DNA of 64,000 nt, taken from the IMG/VR virus record IMGVR_UViG_3300006100_001445, one strand, 5' to 3'. This document shows, piece after piece, positions 62,645-64,000 of the stretch. Position numbers and translations under genes: made by a program. The stretch's first letter is position 1. Each line of letters starts with the position of its first letter. A model generated the notes under the pieces. The model made no database searches. It was not told the origin of the DNA and saw nothing but the letters and a program-made list of their open reading frames with translations. The stretch comes from an uncultured virus (IMG/VR IMGVR_UViG_3300006100_001445). Its lineage: Duplodnaviria > Heunggongvirae > Uroviricota > Caudoviricetes.

Positions 62645-64000
62645 TCACTCGGATTTAGATTTAAGACCGGCCAGCATCTGCTTTAATTTGATGCTTTCTA
62701 CACTACTGCCCGGAGTAGGACCGGCGTTTTCCAAGTCAAATCCTTCTCGTGCCTGCGGTTTGGCCCAGGGTTTGGCATCAGTCACTGTGCTGCCGGTTTT
62801 GATTTGATTTAAAATATTGGCCGCCGGTTTTGATCCACCTGAACTTGTTTGTCCTTCTTCTCCCGGGTCAGTGATACGCATGGTTTCAATATTGTACTCT
62901 AGATCAATCTTTTGTCCCACACCTGTTGAGCTACGTGACTTCATACACTGGATTTGATAACGCCCACGTTCTTTCATTGCACGGCTGGTAAAGATACCAA
63001 ACACGTTGTCCGCAGTATTGATCTTTGAAATACCACCAGCAATATGGCTATGGTCAAATTCAATTTCTTCTACTGCACTACGATTCAACTGACTCGCTGT
63101 AACTAACAGCACACCCAGCTCTTGCGACAAGTTACGCAGTTCTTCTGCCACATACTTGTCTTTGATAAACTGATCGTTGGGATTGACTTTTACACTCACT
63201 GGCATTACCAAGTCCAAGTAGTCAACCATGACAAAGTCTACCTTGTTGTTGGTTTGTATTTGATATTCTTTGATAAAGCTACGAATATCATTCACGTTGC
63301 TTTGTGCTGGTAGTGCTTTGATTCTATACTTGCCAGCTTTTTTACCCACCATCTTGACTTTGAGTTCTGTAGTATCAATGTCTTTGCGAATGTCTTTGGT
63401 GCCCATACTGGTCAACATAGCATCAGTACGCAAGGCCACCAGTTCTTCACTAAGTTCTAAACTTACATAAACACCCGAGAGTCCTTGCTGTATCCAACTC
63501 AATGCAATGTTCATCATGACCAAACTTTTGCCCGATCCCGATCCGCCAGCAAAGATATTGAGCTCGCCGCGGCTGAATCCGCCGTACAAAATCTTGTCCA
63601 TGGTTGGCCAACCGGTTGACACTTGTCCGCCCGAATTGAAGTAACGGTCAATACGTGTTTTGGGATCATCGAAATAGTCAGTGCCTAGGTCTTTGGTCAA
63701 TGAGATTTGTACTGCATCCTTGATCAGTTTCTCCACAGGATCGTAGTCACCTTCTTCCAGCAAATCCGCGGCTTTGAGAATAGCACGGCTGAGTTCTTCT
63801 TTTCTGCTGAAACCTTCAAACTCCTGCATAAACCATTCTTGATGTCCATCAATGGCATTGGGAATTGGCTTCAAGTCTATACCAGTAACTGCCCGAATCT
63901 GTTCATAGGTTGGCAAAGTTTTATGCTCTGCGCTGTGTTGCTGTATAAACTTGGCCGCATCTCTCAGTGTACGATCAAAGTTTTCTGGATTGTAAATGTT
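62645..64000 (-). CDS. replicative DNA helicase (DnaB/gp41-like), 5' end outside the window
   Basis: FAGGSGSGKS Walker A, SLELSE, VDYLD, TASQLNR, KSR; frame open to the window edge. Confidence 0.95.
   Translation of the reverse strand, partial: NIYNPENFDRTLRDAAKFIQQHSAEHKTLPTYEQIRAVTGIDLKPIPNAIDGHQEWFMQEFEGFSRKEELSRAILKAADLLEEGDYDPVEKLIKDAVQISLTKDLGTDYFDDPKTRIDRYFNSGGQVSTGWPTMDKILYGGFSRGELNIFAGGSGSGKSLVMMNIALSWIQQGLSGVYVSLELSEELVALRTDAMLTSMGTKDIRKDIDTTELKVKMVGKKAGKYRIKALPAQSNVNDIRSFIKEYQIQTNNKVDFVMVDYLDLVMPVSVKVNPNDQFIKDKYVAEELRNLSQELGVLLVTASQLNRSAVEEIEFDHSHIAGGISKINTADNVFGIFTSRAMKERGRYQIQCMKSRSSTGVGQKIDLEYNIETMRITDPGEEGQTSSGGSKPAANILNQIKTGSTVTDAKPWAKPQAREGFDLENAGPTPGSSVESIKLKQMLAGLKSKSE

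Noticed and set aside
1..64000. tRNA, rRNA, CRISPR array, integrase/transposase, reverse transcriptase
   Set aside because: None seen by eye: no cloverleaf with T-loop in intergenic DNA, no regularly spaced repeats, no matching protein motifs. A tRNAscan/Infernal run would be needed to exclude them fully.
1..64000. Alternative genetic code
   Set aside because: Conserved genes (nrdA, nrdB, clpP, helicase) are uninterrupted in the standard code, and TAA, TAG and TGA all end genes.

Overview
The window is part of a large, lytic, T4-related (myovirus-like) dsDNA phage genome, probably aquatic. Host-like genes (IscU, IscA, bS21, ClpS, DesA-type desaturase, a phasin-like ORF) suggest a proteobacterial, probably betaproteobacterial, host; this is inference. 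Genes are dense, mostly on the minus strand, and use the standard code. Core phage functions are a DnaB/gp41-like helicase (partial), NrdA/NrdB/glutaredoxin, PD-(D/E)XK and DEDDh exonucleases, UvsE, a PAAR protein, fibre/structural proteins and two SleB-type wall hydrolases. Accessory content is rich: (i) a curli-like operon (CsgF, CsgG, two curlin-repeat proteins, one fused to PA14, and a FecR protein) with a nearby CHASE2 class III nucleotidyl cyclase; (ii) PlcP-like phospholipase, Agt-like glycosyltransferase and desaturase (lipid remodelling) with Pho-box-like repeats; (iii) a phasin-like gene and a micro-ORF/GNAT operon whose promoters share a PhaR-type box; (iv) ClpP, ClpS, Hsp20, bS21, RimK, IscU, IscA; (v) an amidinotransferase/UDP-glucose dehydrogenase/dioxygenase cluster. 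The non-coding DNA shows TAAATA late promoters (several inside RBS-sequestering hairpins), a repeated sigma70 early promoter, many apparently leaderless genes, and a ROSE-like leader shared by hsp20 and the phasin-like gene. All calls come from reading motifs by eye; no searches were run.
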